From Gammaproteobacteria bacterium (GTDB taxonomy: Bacteria; Pseudomonadota; Gammaproteobacteria; Steroidobacterales; Rariloculaceae), in contig JAJEGN010000012.1 in NCBI GenBank assembly GCA_022819855.1, positions 10,746 to 74,745 on the forward strand: a DNA stretch of 64,000 bases. Direction: 5' to 3'. The notes below the pieces were generated by a model, which was not told the origin of the DNA, made no database searches, and saw nothing but the letters and a program-made list of their open reading frames with translations. Below, one piece after another: positions 30,399-40,545 of this stretch. A program made the translations under genes and the position numbers. How positions within the stretch are numbered: the first letter of the stretch is position 1; each line of letters begins with the position of its first letter.

Positions 30399-31607
30399 TC
30401 AGGTTGTGGAATCGGTGATCTGGCTGTGTTGGGCTGAGGGGCTTGCGGCGAGTGCGCGGATCTCCTCGTTGTGTTCGCCGAGGCGGGGGGGGTGGCGGCG
30501 GTAGCTTGGGGCGGTGCGGGAGAATTGGGCGGGCAGGGCGATCGAACGCACGATGCCGATGAGCGGGTGTTCGAGTTCGACGATCATGCCCCGGGCCAGG
30601 ATGTGTTCGTCGGTGAGCGTGTCGTCCGGGAAGTTGATCGGGCCGGCAGGAATCCCGGCGGCGAGGAAGGCTTCGATCCAGTCGTCCGCGTCCCGCTCGA
30701 CCAGGATGGCCTCGAGCAGTTCGACGAGCTGAGGCCGGTTCACGTTGCGCCTGGCGTTCGATTCGAACCTCGGGTCGCGCATCAGGGTCGAGTCGACACC
30801 GAGGATCTTGCAGAAGCGCTGCCAGAGCCGGTCGGTGCCGACGGCGATGATCATCATCTTGTCGCGCGCCCGCATCGGTTGATACGGAGTCACGGTCGGA
30901 TGCGCGTTGCCGAGCCGCTCGGGGCGTTCGCCCGTCGCAAACCAGGTTCCACCGATATTCGCAAGCCATGATGTCTGCGCGTCGACGAGCGAGACATCGA
31001 TGAACTGTCCGCGTCCGGACCCGCCGTTGCGCCCATCGCGCTCGTAGAGGGCCGAGAGAATCCCGATCGTTGCGTAGATTCCGCCGCTTATGTCCGCCAT
31101 CGGCGTCGGGAAGCGGCTCGGTCCGGCATCGGGCGGTCCCGTGAGCGCCATCAGCCCGGCCTCGCCCTGGGCGATGATGTCGTAGCCACCGCGGCTGGCC
31201 TTCGGACCCGTGTGACCGTAACCGCTGATCGCGGCAACAATCAGTCGCGGGTTGAGCCTCGCGAGCGACTCCGGGTCAAGCCGCGCACGCTGTAACGAAC
31301 TCATGCGAGGTATGTTGGTGACGAAAACGTCGGCGGATTCGAGCAGCCTGTGCAGAACCTCGAGGTCGCTGCTGTCCTTGATGTCGAGCTCGATGCTGCG
31401 CTTGTTGCGGTTGACCGAAAGGTAGTAGGCGCTCTCGCCCGCAACGAAGGGCGGGCCCCAGCCGCGCGACTGGTCCCCCGTGCCGGACCGTTCCACCTTG
31501 ATGACATCGGCGCCCAGATCGCCGAGCATCATCCCGCAGTAGGGACCGGCGAGCGCTTCGGTCATTTCGATGACACGCAGCCCCCGGAGCGGCGACGGAT
31601 TGTCCAC
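30399..31607 (-). CDS. family III (CaiB/BaiF) CoA-transferase
   Basis: Sequence LRGLRVIEMTEALAGPYCGMMLGDLGADVIKVE...YYLSVNRNKRSIELD. The start is taken at the GTG at 31607 (VDNPSPLRGLRV), giving 402 aa. The upstream part of the ORF-track entry crosses the divergent promoter region. Confidence 0.8.
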   Translation of the reverse strand: MDNPSPLRGLRVIEMTEALAGPYCGMMLGDLGADVIKVERSGTGDQSRGWGPPFVAGESAYYLSVNRNKRSIELDIKDSSDLEVLHRLLESADVFVTNIPRMSSLQRARLDPESLARLNPRLIVAAISGYGHTGPKASRGGYDIIAQGEAGLMALTGPPDAGPSRFPTPMADISGGIYATIGILSALYERDGRNGGSGRGQFIDVSLVDAQTSWLANIGGTWFATGERPERLGNAHPTVTPYQPMRARDKMMIIAVGTDRLWQRFCKILGVDSTLMRDPRFESNARRNVNRPQLVELLEAILVERDADDWIEAFLAAGIPAGPINFPDDTLTDEHILARGMIVELEHPLIGIVRSIALPAQFSRTAPSYRRHPPRLGEHNEEIRALAASPSAQHSQITDSTT

Positions 31608-31683
31608 GATGGCGCGTCCTTGTGATTTTTGCCGGGCGCCAGTATAAGCCTTGTTCCGGTCCGAAACCGGCGGGAGATTGCCT

Positions 31684-32382
31684 GTGAAAAACGTAGCCGT
31701 GCGCAACATCGAGCGCACTGATCTTGCGGTCGTCGACGCACTCGGCGAGTTGGGCGTCGCTACCGTACACGAGGCCATGGGACGTGTCGGGCTCATGCAG
31801 ACCTACATGCGGCCGATCTACCCCGGCGCGCGCGTCGCGGGTAACGCCGTGACCGCCCTTGCGCATCCGGGCGACAACTGGATGCTGCATGTCGTCGGGG
31901 AGCTTGCGGAGCCCGGCGACATTGTGGTGGTGGCCCTGAGTTCTCCCAACACCGATGGAATGTTCGGAGACCTGCTGGCAACGTCGTACATGTCACGAGG
32001 CATCCGCGCGCTCGTCATCGATGCCGGGTGCCGAGATGTCCGGGACCTGACGCAGATGCAGTTTCCCGTCTGGAGCCGGGCCATCTCCGCCAAGGGCACG
32101 GTCAAGGCCACGGTCGGTTCAGTGAATGTCCCCGTGGTTTGCGCGGGCATGCTCGTCAACCCGGGCGATGTCGTGGTTGCGGACGACGATGGCGTCGTTG
32201 TCGTCCCGAGGGCCGACGCCGGACGGACGCTCGAAGCCGCGCGAACACGCGAAGCCAATGAAGTCGACAAGCGGGCCCGCCTTGCGGCCGGGGAGCCCGG
32301 GCTCGACATGTACGGGATGCGCGAGCCGCTTGCGGAAGCTGGGCTCGTCTACGTCGACACGCTGAACGATCTGCCGGAGTGA
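31684..32382 (+). CDS. RraA-family protein (4-hydroxy-4-methyl-2-oxoglutarate aldolase / oxaloacetate decarboxylase-like)
   Basis: The GTG at 31684 gives [36 protein letters not shown]. It also has [24 protein letters not shown] and [12 protein letters not shown]. At about 232 aa it is typical of LigK/HMG-aldolase-type RraA homologues. Confidence 0.75.
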   Translation: MKNVAVRNIERTDLAVVDALGELGVATVHEAMGRVGLMQTYMRPIYPGARVAGNAVTALAHPGDNWMLHVVGELAEPGDIVVVALSSPNTDGMFGDLLATSYMSRGIRALVIDAGCRDVRDLTQMQFPVWSRAISAKGTVKATVGSVNVPVVCAGMLVNPGDVVVADDDGVVVVPRADAGRTLEAARTREANEVDKRARLAAGEPGLDMYGMREPLAEAGLVYVDTLNDLPE

Positions 32383-32540
32383 CCTGTCCGGGCATTTCAG
32401 GACGCCGGATCGCACCGCGAATCGTCGAATGACGCCAGCGGCGGCAGAGCATGCGGAGCGGCTGCATGCTGCCGGCACGACGCGATAAGATGATTCGCGG
32501 GCGAAGCCAATACAAGGCAATCGATATCGGGAGGTGCGAT

Positions 32541-34505
32541 ATGCGTCGGGAAGCAGCGATCGCGTCAACGAGGCAGCGAATCCTGTCCTGGTTCCTGCCA
32601 GCGGCGGCGGCTGCAACGGTCAGCGTGGCGGCGGCTCAGGCGCCGGTCCCACCCGGAGATTGGTGGTACTACAGCCGCGATCCTGGCGGCACAAGATTCT
32701 CACCGTTGACCGAGATCGACACCGGCAACGTCAGCGCGCTCGGGTTGGCGTGGTCGGTCCCGGTGGCGCGCTCGGCCACCGACGATGACGACGCGGCGGG
32801 CCCGTCCGGCAACCCGCAGGTCACGCCGATCGTCGTCGACGGGACGATGTATCTGCCCGTACGCGGCCACGAGGTTCTCGCGCTCGATGGGGCCACGGGT
32901 GAAGAAATCTGGCGCAGCGACCTCGAGGCGCCTCAGGGCAGCGATGCGCGCGGAGTCGCCTACTGGCCGGGCGATGAGCAATACGCCGCCCGGATCCTCG
33001 TCATGGCAGGACCGACTCTGATCGCGCTCGATGCCGCAACCGGGGCGCCGGCCGAAGGTTTCGGACGCAACGGCGTCGCGCAGGTGACCGTTCCCTGGCG
33101 AGGCGTGCCGTTGATTCACAACAACCTTGCAGTTCTCGGTGCGTACCCCGGTGAGATGAACCGCGGCATGCCCGGCGACACGCGGGCGTTTGACGTTCGC
33201 AGCGGTGCGCTGGTGTGGAGTTTCCATACGGTGCCGCTGCCAGGCGAAGTGGGCCACGAGACCTGGCTCGACGATGGCTGGCGGAATCGCTCGGGCGTCA
33301 ACGTCTGGGCCTATTACATGACGGCCGATGCCGAGCGCGGCCTGCTCTACATGCCGGTCTCCAGTGCAGCCGGCAACTATTGGGGCGGCGACCGCCACGG
33401 CGACAACCTGTTCAGCAACTCGATCGTCGCCGTGGACATCGCCACGGGCGAGTACCGCTGGCACTTCCAGACCGTGCATCACGATCTCTGGGACTTCGAT
33501 CTGCCGAACCCGCCCGTGCTCGTCGACATCGAGCGCGACGGCCGTACCGTGCCGGCGCTGACCTCGGTCGGCAAGACGGCCTGGGTCTTCATTCTCAACC
33601 GGGAGACCGGCGAGCCCGTATTCGGTGTCGAGGAACGCCCCGTACCCATCGGCACGGTGCCGGACGAATGGTATTCCCCGACTCAGCCTTTTCCTGTCTG
33701 GCCTGCGGAACCCGTGTCAAGAGTCGCCTTCGATCGGGAACTCGACATGGTGCGCCCCGAAGACACGACGGCGCAGCACGCTGCAGCATGCGAAGCGCTG
33801 TGGGAGCGCAGTGGCGGCTTCATCAATGTGGGTCCGTACACGCCTTTCGTGTTTCACGAAGAGGGCGCGCCGCCGCGCAGTACGCTGCAATTGCCGGGCG
33901 CCGGGGGCGGCGTCAACTGGGGCGGCGTTGCGTCCGATCCCACGCGCGGCCTGATGTACATGCACGCCAACGATTCGTCGCTGGTCGGCTGGATCGAGGC
34001 CAAGCGCCCCGGTGAGAACTACGGCAACGGCACCGCGGGTTCAACGATTCCGTACGATCGCGGCAGCGTCGACGGCGCGGGGCCGTATTTTTCCTTCAGC
34101 GCGCCGCTCATCGACGAGGATGGCGAACGACTCGGCTCGTTGCCCTGTTACCGGCCTCCATGGTCACGACTTGTCGCGATCGATGCGAATTCGGGCGATG
34201 TCGTCTGGGAGACGACGCTCGGCATCACCGAGGGCTTGCCGGCGGAGCGCCAGCTCACGGGCAGCATCGGGAGCGCGGGTCCAAGCGTGACGGCTGGCGG
34301 GCTTGTTTTCGTCGGCGCGACGCGTGACCGCCGCTTTCGGGCGTTTGACTCCTCTACCGGCGAGCAGCTCTGGGAGGTCGTGCTCGATGGCAGCGTCAAT
34401 GCGAACCCGATGATCTACCAGGGCAATGACGGCAAGCAGTATGTCGCCGCCGTCGCCGGCGATACGCTGGTTGCGTTCGCGCTTCGCCCGGAGCCTGCGC
34501 CTTAA
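32541..34505 (+). CDS. PQQ-dependent dehydrogenase (quinoprotein glucose/alcohol dehydrogenase family beta-propeller), secreted
   Basis: The ATG at 32541 has a gggagg SD. A signal peptide is followed by GDWWYYSRDPGGTRFSPLTEIDTGNVSALGLAWS and repeated W-containing propeller motifs (DGTMYL, ALDGATGEEIW, AFDSSTGEQLW). There is no cytochrome c domain. Confidence 0.8.
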   Translation: MRREAAIASTRQRILSWFLPAAAAATVSVAAAQAPVPPGDWWYYSRDPGGTRFSPLTEIDTGNVSALGLAWSVPVARSATDDDDAAGPSGNPQVTPIVVDGTMYLPVRGHEVLALDGATGEEIWRSDLEAPQGSDARGVAYWPGDEQYAARILVMAGPTLIALDAATGAPAEGFGRNGVAQVTVPWRGVPLIHNNLAVLGAYPGEMNRGMPGDTRAFDVRSGALVWSFHTVPLPGEVGHETWLDDGWRNRSGVNVWAYYMTADAERGLLYMPVSSAAGNYWGGDRHGDNLFSNSIVAVDIATGEYRWHFQTVHHDLWDFDLPNPPVLVDIERDGRTVPALTSVGKTAWVFILNRETGEPVFGVEERPVPIGTVPDEWYSPTQPFPVWPAEPVSRVAFDRELDMVRPEDTTAQHAAACEALWERSGGFINVGPYTPFVFHEEGAPPRSTLQLPGAGGGVNWGGVASDPTRGLMYMHANDSSLVGWIEAKRPGENYGNGTAGSTIPYDRGSVDGAGPYFSFSAPLIDEDGERLGSLPCYRPPWSRLVAIDANSGDVVWETTLGITEGLPAERQLTGSIGSAGPSVTAGGLVFVGATRDRRFRAFDSSTGEQLWEVVLDGSVNANPMIYQGNDGKQYVAAVAGDTLVAFALRPEPAP

Positions 34506-34574
34506 GACGTCGCGAAAGCGAAAACTCCTTGAGAGCCGAGCTGCGACCGTGAATGGCGGGGGCGAAGGTTCCCG

Positions 34575-35063
34575 TTACTGGTCCTCGTCGTCGGAGTCGA
34601 TTCCAAGGGCATCCTCGGCTTCGGCACGCGAGCGGTAGCCCATCTCGATCCAGTCCGGCCACTCCTCGATGCGCCGTTCCGCGTCACAGCCGCCATCGCT
34701 CGGGTCATACAGCGTGCCGTCTGCCGTAATGAGCAGCCCGATCGCGCCGCCGGGGCGCCCGTCACGCAGCGGACAATAAACGAGTGTGACCCGGTCGCCC
34801 GGCTGCAGGGTGAACCCGGTCATGGGGGGATCCAGTTCGAGCAGGCGGGGAGGAGCCGACCCCTCCAGGCCCCACTGGGTTCCATCGTCGTCTTCGACGT
34901 AGAGCAGTACGTGCGGACTGTTGAACCCCCACCGGACCACATTGGCCTCCATCACGACTTCGCGCGAGCGGTCGAACATTGAAAAACTGTGATGCGCGTT
35001 CGCAAGGTCGCTCCATGCGGCTGCCGCCAGCAACGGCAAGGCAAGAATCGGCAACGTTTTCAT
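34575..35063 (-). CDS. small secreted protein, DUF6152-like (paralogue B)
   Basis: The signal peptide ends LANA, followed by HHSFSMFD. Blocks FNSPH, LQPGDRVTL and PLRDGRPGG are present, plus an acidic C-terminal tail. A strong SD (aggag) lies 11 nt after the upstream gene. Confidence 0.7.
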   Translation of the reverse strand: MKTLPILALPLLAAAAWSDLANAHHSFSMFDRSREVVMEANVVRWGFNSPHVLLYVEDDDGTQWGLEGSAPPRLLELDPPMTGFTLQPGDRVTLVYCPLRDGRPGGAIGLLITADGTLYDPSDGGCDAERRIEEWPDWIEMGYRSRAEAEDALGIDSDDEDQ

Positions 35064-35074
35064 TGTTCGAGCTC

Positions 35075-36046
35075 CTATTGCACGAAGTCGTCAAATATGG
35101 GATTGCGTTCCTGGCCGGGCAGGTCCGCCGGCAAATCCGGCGTATAACGCGGACCGCGAATGTCGAAGTAGCCCTCGTCTCCCGGCAGCAGGAACTGGGT
35201 CTTGCCGTCCTCGGTGAGGTAGGTATTTCGATTGCTGTCGCATTCCCAGTGCCGGATCCGGAAGCCGAGGGCTTCAAGTTCCGTGCGGCGCCTGTAGGTG
35301 TAAGTCAGTGTCAGCGGTTCCACCAGCGACAGTTCGTCGTAAAAGGTGACGTTGACGACCAGGCGCTGGTTGCCGTTCGGAAAGCTCTCGAGCCGCCAGA
35401 CCTCGACGCTTTCGAACTGGTTGCTCGTGGGCGGCAGGCCGCGGAACCAGTCGTTCGGATAGATGTCGACCGTGTGTACGATCAGCATGTCGTCCGACCA
35501 GAACCCGATGGCGTCGCCGATGGCAAAGTGGGTGCCGTCGACATTCTTGTGCTCCTGGTCGATGAATATTCGCCGACTTTCGTTGGCGAGGTCGTTGAGC
35601 TGCCACACCTGGTCGGGGGTGTTCACGAACTCGCGGACATACGGTTCCATGAGAAAGCGGGGGTAGCCTGCGGGCTCGCAGGTGGTCAGGCGGTCGTAGG
35701 CCTGTTCCCCGTTTTCCTCGATCAGGTCCAGGCGCATCTGAAACGCCGCTTCGTATTCCGGTGTCAGGATGCCCTCGACGATTTCGCCGTCCTGAACGAA
35801 TGCGGTTCGCGAACCGTTGCCGTCCGCGGACCACAGGCCCGTCCACTTCGGCACGGATTCGTAGGTGTGCCGCGTGCCGCCGCGGTGCGCGTTCAGCAGG
35901 AAGCGGTAGTGCGCTTCGGAGCTTGCGAACTCCTGCGGCGGCTGCATCGGCTCGGGAATGCCGGGGGGCTGCGCGAGGGCCACCGTCGAGCCCGCGGCGA
36001 GCCACCCGCACAAGCCAAGGGTCAGTGCGAGTCTGGAGTCGTTCAT
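35075..36046 (-). CDS. uncharacterised secreted protein (323 aa), operon partner of DUF6152-B
   Basis: It has a signal peptide (LGLCGWLAAGSTVALA). I recognise no named domain. Notable blocks are TPEYEAAFQMRLDLIEENG, CEPAGYPRFLMEPY and RRIFIDQEH. The SD is gaggaag. It lies 21 nt downstream of the M20 gene. Confidence 0.65.
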   Translation of the reverse strand: MNDSRLALTLGLCGWLAAGSTVALAQPPGIPEPMQPPQEFASSEAHYRFLLNAHRGGTRHTYESVPKWTGLWSADGNGSRTAFVQDGEIVEGILTPEYEAAFQMRLDLIEENGEQAYDRLTTCEPAGYPRFLMEPYVREFVNTPDQVWQLNDLANESRRIFIDQEHKNVDGTHFAIGDAIGFWSDDMLIVHTVDIYPNDWFRGLPPTSNQFESVEVWRLESFPNGNQRLVVNVTFYDELSLVEPLTLTYTYRRRTELEALGFRIRHWECDSNRNTYLTEDGKTQFLLPGDEGYFDIRGPRYTPDLPADLPGQERNPIFDDFVQ

Positions 36047-36067
36047 GGAGTCTTCCTCACGATTTCG

Positions 36068-37690
36068 TCACTGCTGCGCCGGCGCGTCGTCCGGCCTTTC
36101 CAGTTGAGGATAGTCGATGCCGAGCTGCTCAAGGTAGGTATCGTAGCGCGAAGGGTCGTAGTAGAACTCTTCGAGCCGGCTCCTGTACTCGGCCATGATC
36201 GCTTCGTTCTTGTCGATCGCCGGAGGATCGTCCGGACCGATGAACGACTCGTATTGGAACTCCGTCGACTGCTCCTCGCGAAAGTACCGCCAGGCTTCGG
36301 CGACCAGCTCGGGGTCCTGCAACAGGTCGAGCATGGTGGCGGCGACGACCTTGGCGCCCGCGGTCGCGCCCTTGTGGGCGATCGGCGTGGCCATGGCCAT
36401 CGTGCTCGACCAGTGGTGAATGATGAGTCCGCTGACGTTCGAGGGAAAGCGGAGCGTGACCGTCGGTACGCTCCAGGACACATCCCCGATGTCGTCGGAT
36501 CCTCCCGAGACCGGCGCTTCCGGCGGTTCGCCAAGGCCGATGAGTTCGGTGGCCAGGCCGTCGGCCTCTTCCGCGTCCATCAACTGCTGCAGGGCGACGG
36601 CGTATTGCTGGTCCTGCTCGGACCATTCGGGCAGGCCGATCGCCTGGATATTGGCGTCCATGGCGAGCGCGATCGGCTTGCTGAAGTGGCGCGGCCAGGC
36701 GGCGCCGACGATGCGCCGGCTCAGCGTCGTGTCGGTCATCATGGCGGCCCCCCGCGCGATCCGGTCGAGCGTGTCGAAGTTCTCGCGGATCCGGTCGGGA
36801 GTGACTTCGCGCACGAAGTACCACACCGTGGCGCTCGACGGCACGACATTGGGCTGGTCGCCGCCGTTGACGATCACATAGTGCGACCGCTGCACCGGGC
36901 GCAGATGCTCGCGGCGGAAGTTCCAGGCGATGTTCGTGAGTTCGACGGCGTCGAGCGCGCTGCGGCCGCGCCAGGGATCGGCGGCGCCGTGGGCCGAGAT
37001 GCCTTCGAAGGAGTATTCGACGGACACCATGCCCGTGCCCGGCGCCATGCCCCAGCTCGTCCCCAGGTTGCTTGAAACATGCGTGAAGAGCACGGCGTCG
37101 ATGCCGTCGAAGCGGCCGTCGCGGGCGAACCAGGCCTTTGCGGCCAGCAGTTCCTCGGCGACGCCGGGCCACAGCACGATCGTGCCGGACAGTCTCTCGC
37201 GTTCCATGATCTCCTTGACGGCGAACGCCGCGGCGATGATGACTGCCTGCCCGGAGTTGTGACCCTCACCGTGTCCAGGCGCGCCTTCGATCATCGGTTC
37301 CCGATAGGCCACGCCCGGCATCTGCGATGACCTGGGGATGCCGTCGACGTCGGAGCCGAGCGCGATCACCGGCTGCCCGGATCCCCACGTCGCCCACCAC
37401 GCGGATGGCATGCCGGATACTCCTTGTTCGACGGTGAAGCCGTTGGTCTGGAGAATTTCCGTCAGATAGCGCTGGCTCTCGAATTCCTGAAAGCCAAGTT
37501 CGGCGAAAGAGAAGAGGCTGTCGACGATTTCCTGGGTCTGCTTCGCCATGTCATCGACACGTTCAATCGCTTCGGCCTTGAGGCCGGTCAAGGGCGGCGC
37601 CGGCTCATCGCCTGCATGGTCTTCCTGGCCCGGCGTTGCGGCGCTCATTGCGAGCAGCAGCGTCGCAAGAGGAAATGCGTGGCGTTTCAT
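36068..37690 (-). CDS. M20-family amidohydrolase (AbgB/aminoacylase-like), secreted
   Basis: The ATG at 37690 has an aggag SD. A signal peptide (MKRHAFPLATLLLAMSAA) is followed by LGFQEFESQRYL, ALGSDVDGIP and PGHGEGHNSG, which are metal-ligand blocks of M20 peptidases. Confidence 0.8.
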   Translation of the reverse strand: MKRHAFPLATLLLAMSAATPGQEDHAGDEPAPPLTGLKAEAIERVDDMAKQTQEIVDSLFSFAELGFQEFESQRYLTEILQTNGFTVEQGVSGMPSAWWATWGSGQPVIALGSDVDGIPRSSQMPGVAYREPMIEGAPGHGEGHNSGQAVIIAAAFAVKEIMERERLSGTIVLWPGVAEELLAAKAWFARDGRFDGIDAVLFTHVSSNLGTSWGMAPGTGMVSVEYSFEGISAHGAADPWRGRSALDAVELTNIAWNFRREHLRPVQRSHYVIVNGGDQPNVVPSSATVWYFVREVTPDRIRENFDTLDRIARGAAMMTDTTLSRRIVGAAWPRHFSKPIALAMDANIQAIGLPEWSEQDQQYAVALQQLMDAEEADGLATELIGLGEPPEAPVSGGSDDIGDVSWSVPTVTLRFPSNVSGLIIHHWSSTMAMATPIAHKGATAGAKVVAATMLDLLQDPELVAEAWRYFREEQSTEFQYESFIGPDDPPAIDKNEAIMAEYRSRLEEFYYDPSRYDTYLEQLGIDYPQLERPDDAPAQQ

Positions 37691-37878
37691 GGTGATCTCC
37701 TGTCGATTCGCGGCGTTCACGTGCTCGTGGCGGTGGGAGCCGGAGTATAGACGATGCCTCGTTGGCGCCGAGCTGACTGCGCGTTGCCCGAATCCGGGGC
37801 CCTGGGCCGGGATACGGCGCCGTTCCCTCCGAACTGAAGCAGCTCACCCCTCGGTACACGGTGATAGCATGGCGCGTC

Positions 37879-38271
37879 ATGAGCATGACTCCCACCGAAT
37901 GGCTCGACGCGTATCGCAGGGCGTGGGTCGAGCGTGATCCCGATGCGGCGGCTGCGCTCTTCAGCGAGGACGCAACGTATGCGGAACAACCCCATGACGA
38001 CGCCTTTATCGGCCGCGACAGCATCCGCGCGTACTGGGCGCGTGTGACGGCAGCTCAGCGCGACATCGAGATGCGCTACGGCAGCCCGATCACGGTTGGC
38101 GAGCGCACGGTCGTGGAATGGTGGACCACCCTGAGCAATGATGGCGTGCCGATCACGCTCGCCGGCATCTTCATTCTCAGCTTCGATGCAGCGGGGCTGT
38201 GCCGCAGCTTGCGCGAATACTGGCACTTCGCGGAAGGAACGAAGGAGCCGCGCAGCGGCTGGGGAGACTGA
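37879..38271 (+). CDS. SnoaL-like / NTF2-fold protein
   Basis: Sequence TPTEWLDAYRRAWVERDPDAAAALFSEDATYAEQPHDDAFIGRDSIRAYW. The start is ambiguous (GTG 37861, ATG 37879 or ATG 37885). Confidence 0.6.
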   Translation: MSMTPTEWLDAYRRAWVERDPDAAAALFSEDATYAEQPHDDAFIGRDSIRAYWARVTAAQRDIEMRYGSPITVGERTVVEWWTTLSNDGVPITLAGIFILSFDAAGLCRSLREYWHFAEGTKEPRSGWGD

Positions 38272-38350
38272 CAGCGGCCGGTCTCTTGGCCCCTCATGCC
38301 GTATGCCCGCCCGTTGCCATCGAGCAGATGGGCTGTCCATCCGGCTCCTG

Positions 38351-38887
38351 CTATTGTCCGGCGGTACCGTTCATCCAGCCCGGCGCGAGCGTCACCTGGT
38401 CCCAGTGTTCGGCCATCATTCCGTCGCGTATGCGCACGGTCTCGAAGGCGAACGCCTCGTAGGTCCGATCCGGGTCGTCCGGATCCGTCCTCTCGCCGCG
38501 ATAGATCGCGGTGACGAGATCGTCTTCGGCCATGATGAGGACGGGATCGCGCAAGGGGATGCCGCCGAGATCGACGATGCGGATATTGCGGCGCTCGGCT
38601 TCCTCGAAGCCCTCGACCCAGGCCTGCCGGCCGGACGCGCCCGTAAAATCGTCCATCCTCAACAGGCGCGGGTTGTGCTGAATGTAGTCCTCGGTCATGA
38701 ACCGGTCGGCGCGCTCCTGGCGCGGACCTTCGTAGCTGAAGAAATCGAGCAGGATCTGCTTGTTTGCGTCGAGTTCGGCCTGGCTTGGCCGGCCGGGTTC
38801 GGCATCGGGGCGTCCGGCGATGGCGAATGCCGCGACGATGCAGGCGAGAACGGCAATCGCCCAGGCGATTCGTTCGGAGTTACGCAT
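38351..38887 (-). CDS. SnoaL-like / NTF2-fold protein with N-terminal membrane anchor or signal
   Basis: An N-terminal hydrophobic segment (IAWAIAVLACIVAAFAIA) is followed by NKQILLDFFSYEG...YIQHNP...DDLVTAIYRG...IRDGMMAEHWD, typical of the SnoaL/ester-cyclase-like fold. Confidence 0.6.
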   Translation of the reverse strand: MRNSERIAWAIAVLACIVAAFAIAGRPDAEPGRPSQAELDANKQILLDFFSYEGPRQERADRFMTEDYIQHNPRLLRMDDFTGASGRQAWVEGFEEAERRNIRIVDLGGIPLRDPVLIMAEDDLVTAIYRGERTDPDDPDRTYEAFAFETVRIRDGMMAEHWDQVTLAPGWMNGTAGQ

Positions 38888-38909
38888 GATCTGTCACCTT
38901 TCCGGTCAA

Positions 38910-40367
38910 TCAGGACGCCTCGTCAAACGCCGCCAGCACCTCTCGCAGCAGCTCCCAGCGATCGAATCCCTGCGCGCCATAGTCGAGGCCGCGCCGGACG
39001 ATGACCAGGTCGTGCGACGGCACGATAAGCGTGTACTGACCACGGTTGCCGGAGGTTGAATACGCGTCTGCCGGCACTTCATGCTTGCGATCGTCCGGCA
39101 CGAGCCAGAACTGGCCTCCATAATAGTTGCCGAGTTCCGCAAGCGCGGGGGCCGGCGTGCGGACGAACTCGATCCAGTCCTCCGAGATGATGCGCTCTCC
39201 GTCCCAGACGCCGCCATTCAGATAAAGCAGGCCGAAACGCGCAAGGTCGCGCGCGTTGGTGTAGACCTGACTGCTCAGGATGAAATCGCCGAAGCGGTCC
39301 ATGCTGAGGAGCGTGTTGCGCATGCCGATCCGGTCGAACAGCGCGCGGCGCGGAAATTCGTGATAGGTACGCTCGTCGCCGAGCGCCCGTTTCATCGCAT
39401 AAACGGCCCTGAGCGTGTCGTAGTTCTCGTAGTCCCAGTAGGTGCCGGGTTCCCGAATCATCGCGCCTTGCCGGAACTGGCGAACGGAGCTTGCACCGAC
39501 CCAATAGGACATGCCCGAGCCCGTCGCGTATTCGAGCGCCTCATTGTCGATCGGGTACAGGCCGCTTGACATGTTCAGGGCGTGCCGCAGCGTGATGTTT
39601 GAACGGGGATCGTGGTCCGCCGAACGGACGGCGGGCAGCCATTCAATGCCGAGCGGCTCATCGAGCGACAGGCGGCCGTCGTCGACCAGCATGCCGATCA
39701 GCGTCGAAGCGATGCTCTTGGCGGTCGACCAGGTGCGCGTACGGGTCGTCATGTCCATGCCGGGCGCGTAGCGCTCGTGGATGATCGAGCCGTCGTGAAC
39801 GACCAGCAGACTCAGCGTGAGCTGTTCGGCCGACTCGCGCTCGAATGCCCAGTCCGAGGCGGCTTCGAGTTTCGTTGCGTCGACATGAGCCGGCAGCGGA
39901 GCAGGCTCGACCAGGTCGCCGTTCGGCCAGGGGATTGTCGACGGATCGCTTGCAAGCGCGGGCATGTCGATCTGCGGCAGATCGTCGATGTCATCGAAAG
40001 TCTGGTCCGGCGCCATGACAACGCAGCCGATGCCTTCACGGAACGCCGCCCGGATCGGCGGCGCATCATCGGGTGCGCCGATGGCCACCGCGCGGCGCTC
40101 CCGGTCGACGACATAGTCGCCGCCGTCAGCGGTACCGACCGGGTTCGCCAGGAACGCAAGCTCCTGCTCGAAGACCAGTTCGATCGACCGATTCGATGTA
40201 AACAGTCCATTGCACAGGAAGATCGCCTGCATGCCGCGCCGGACGATTTCGCGGTTGAATTGCCAGTAATCGTAGGTTTCGCGCTGCTGCGCATGAGCCA
40301 TGTTCATCCAGCACGATGCTGCAGGTACGGCTAGCACAAGTAGCGAGAGCAGGAAGGACCGTTTCAT
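38910..40367 (-). CDS. beta-lactamase-family serine hydrolase (class C/esterase-like), secreted
   Basis: The ATG at 40367 starts the signal peptide MKRSFLLSLLVLAVPAASC. The SxxK active-site motif is WSTAKSIAS. 485 aa. The upstream part of the ORF-track entry was trimmed. Confidence 0.8.
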   Translation of the reverse strand: MKRSFLLSLLVLAVPAASCWMNMAHAQQRETYDYWQFNREIVRRGMQAIFLCNGLFTSNRSIELVFEQELAFLANPVGTADGGDYVVDRERRAVAIGAPDDAPPIRAAFREGIGCVVMAPDQTFDDIDDLPQIDMPALASDPSTIPWPNGDLVEPAPLPAHVDATKLEAASDWAFERESAEQLTLSLLVVHDGSIIHERYAPGMDMTTRTRTWSTAKSIASTLIGMLVDDGRLSLDEPLGIEWLPAVRSADHDPRSNITLRHALNMSSGLYPIDNEALEYATGSGMSYWVGASSVRQFRQGAMIREPGTYWDYENYDTLRAVYAMKRALGDERTYHEFPRRALFDRIGMRNTLLSMDRFGDFILSSQVYTNARDLARFGLLYLNGGVWDGERIISEDWIEFVRTPAPALAELGNYYGGQFWLVPDDRKHEVPADAYSTSGNRGQYTLIVPSHDLVIVRRGLDYGAQGFDRWELLREVLAAFDEAS

Positions 40368-40545
40368 GCTGCTGCCCCCCGGTGGCTGCTGTTGGAGCCC
40401 GTCAGCCGATTCGACGCCGATCGCGCCTGAATGGGCCGCGGTACGATCTGTGCCGATCTTACTGAGCGACGGACGTTGGCGCCAGATCGCGCGCTTGCCG
40501 GATGCTATGATCCGCGCGTGCATCAGCGCGCCGGGGGTTCACGAC

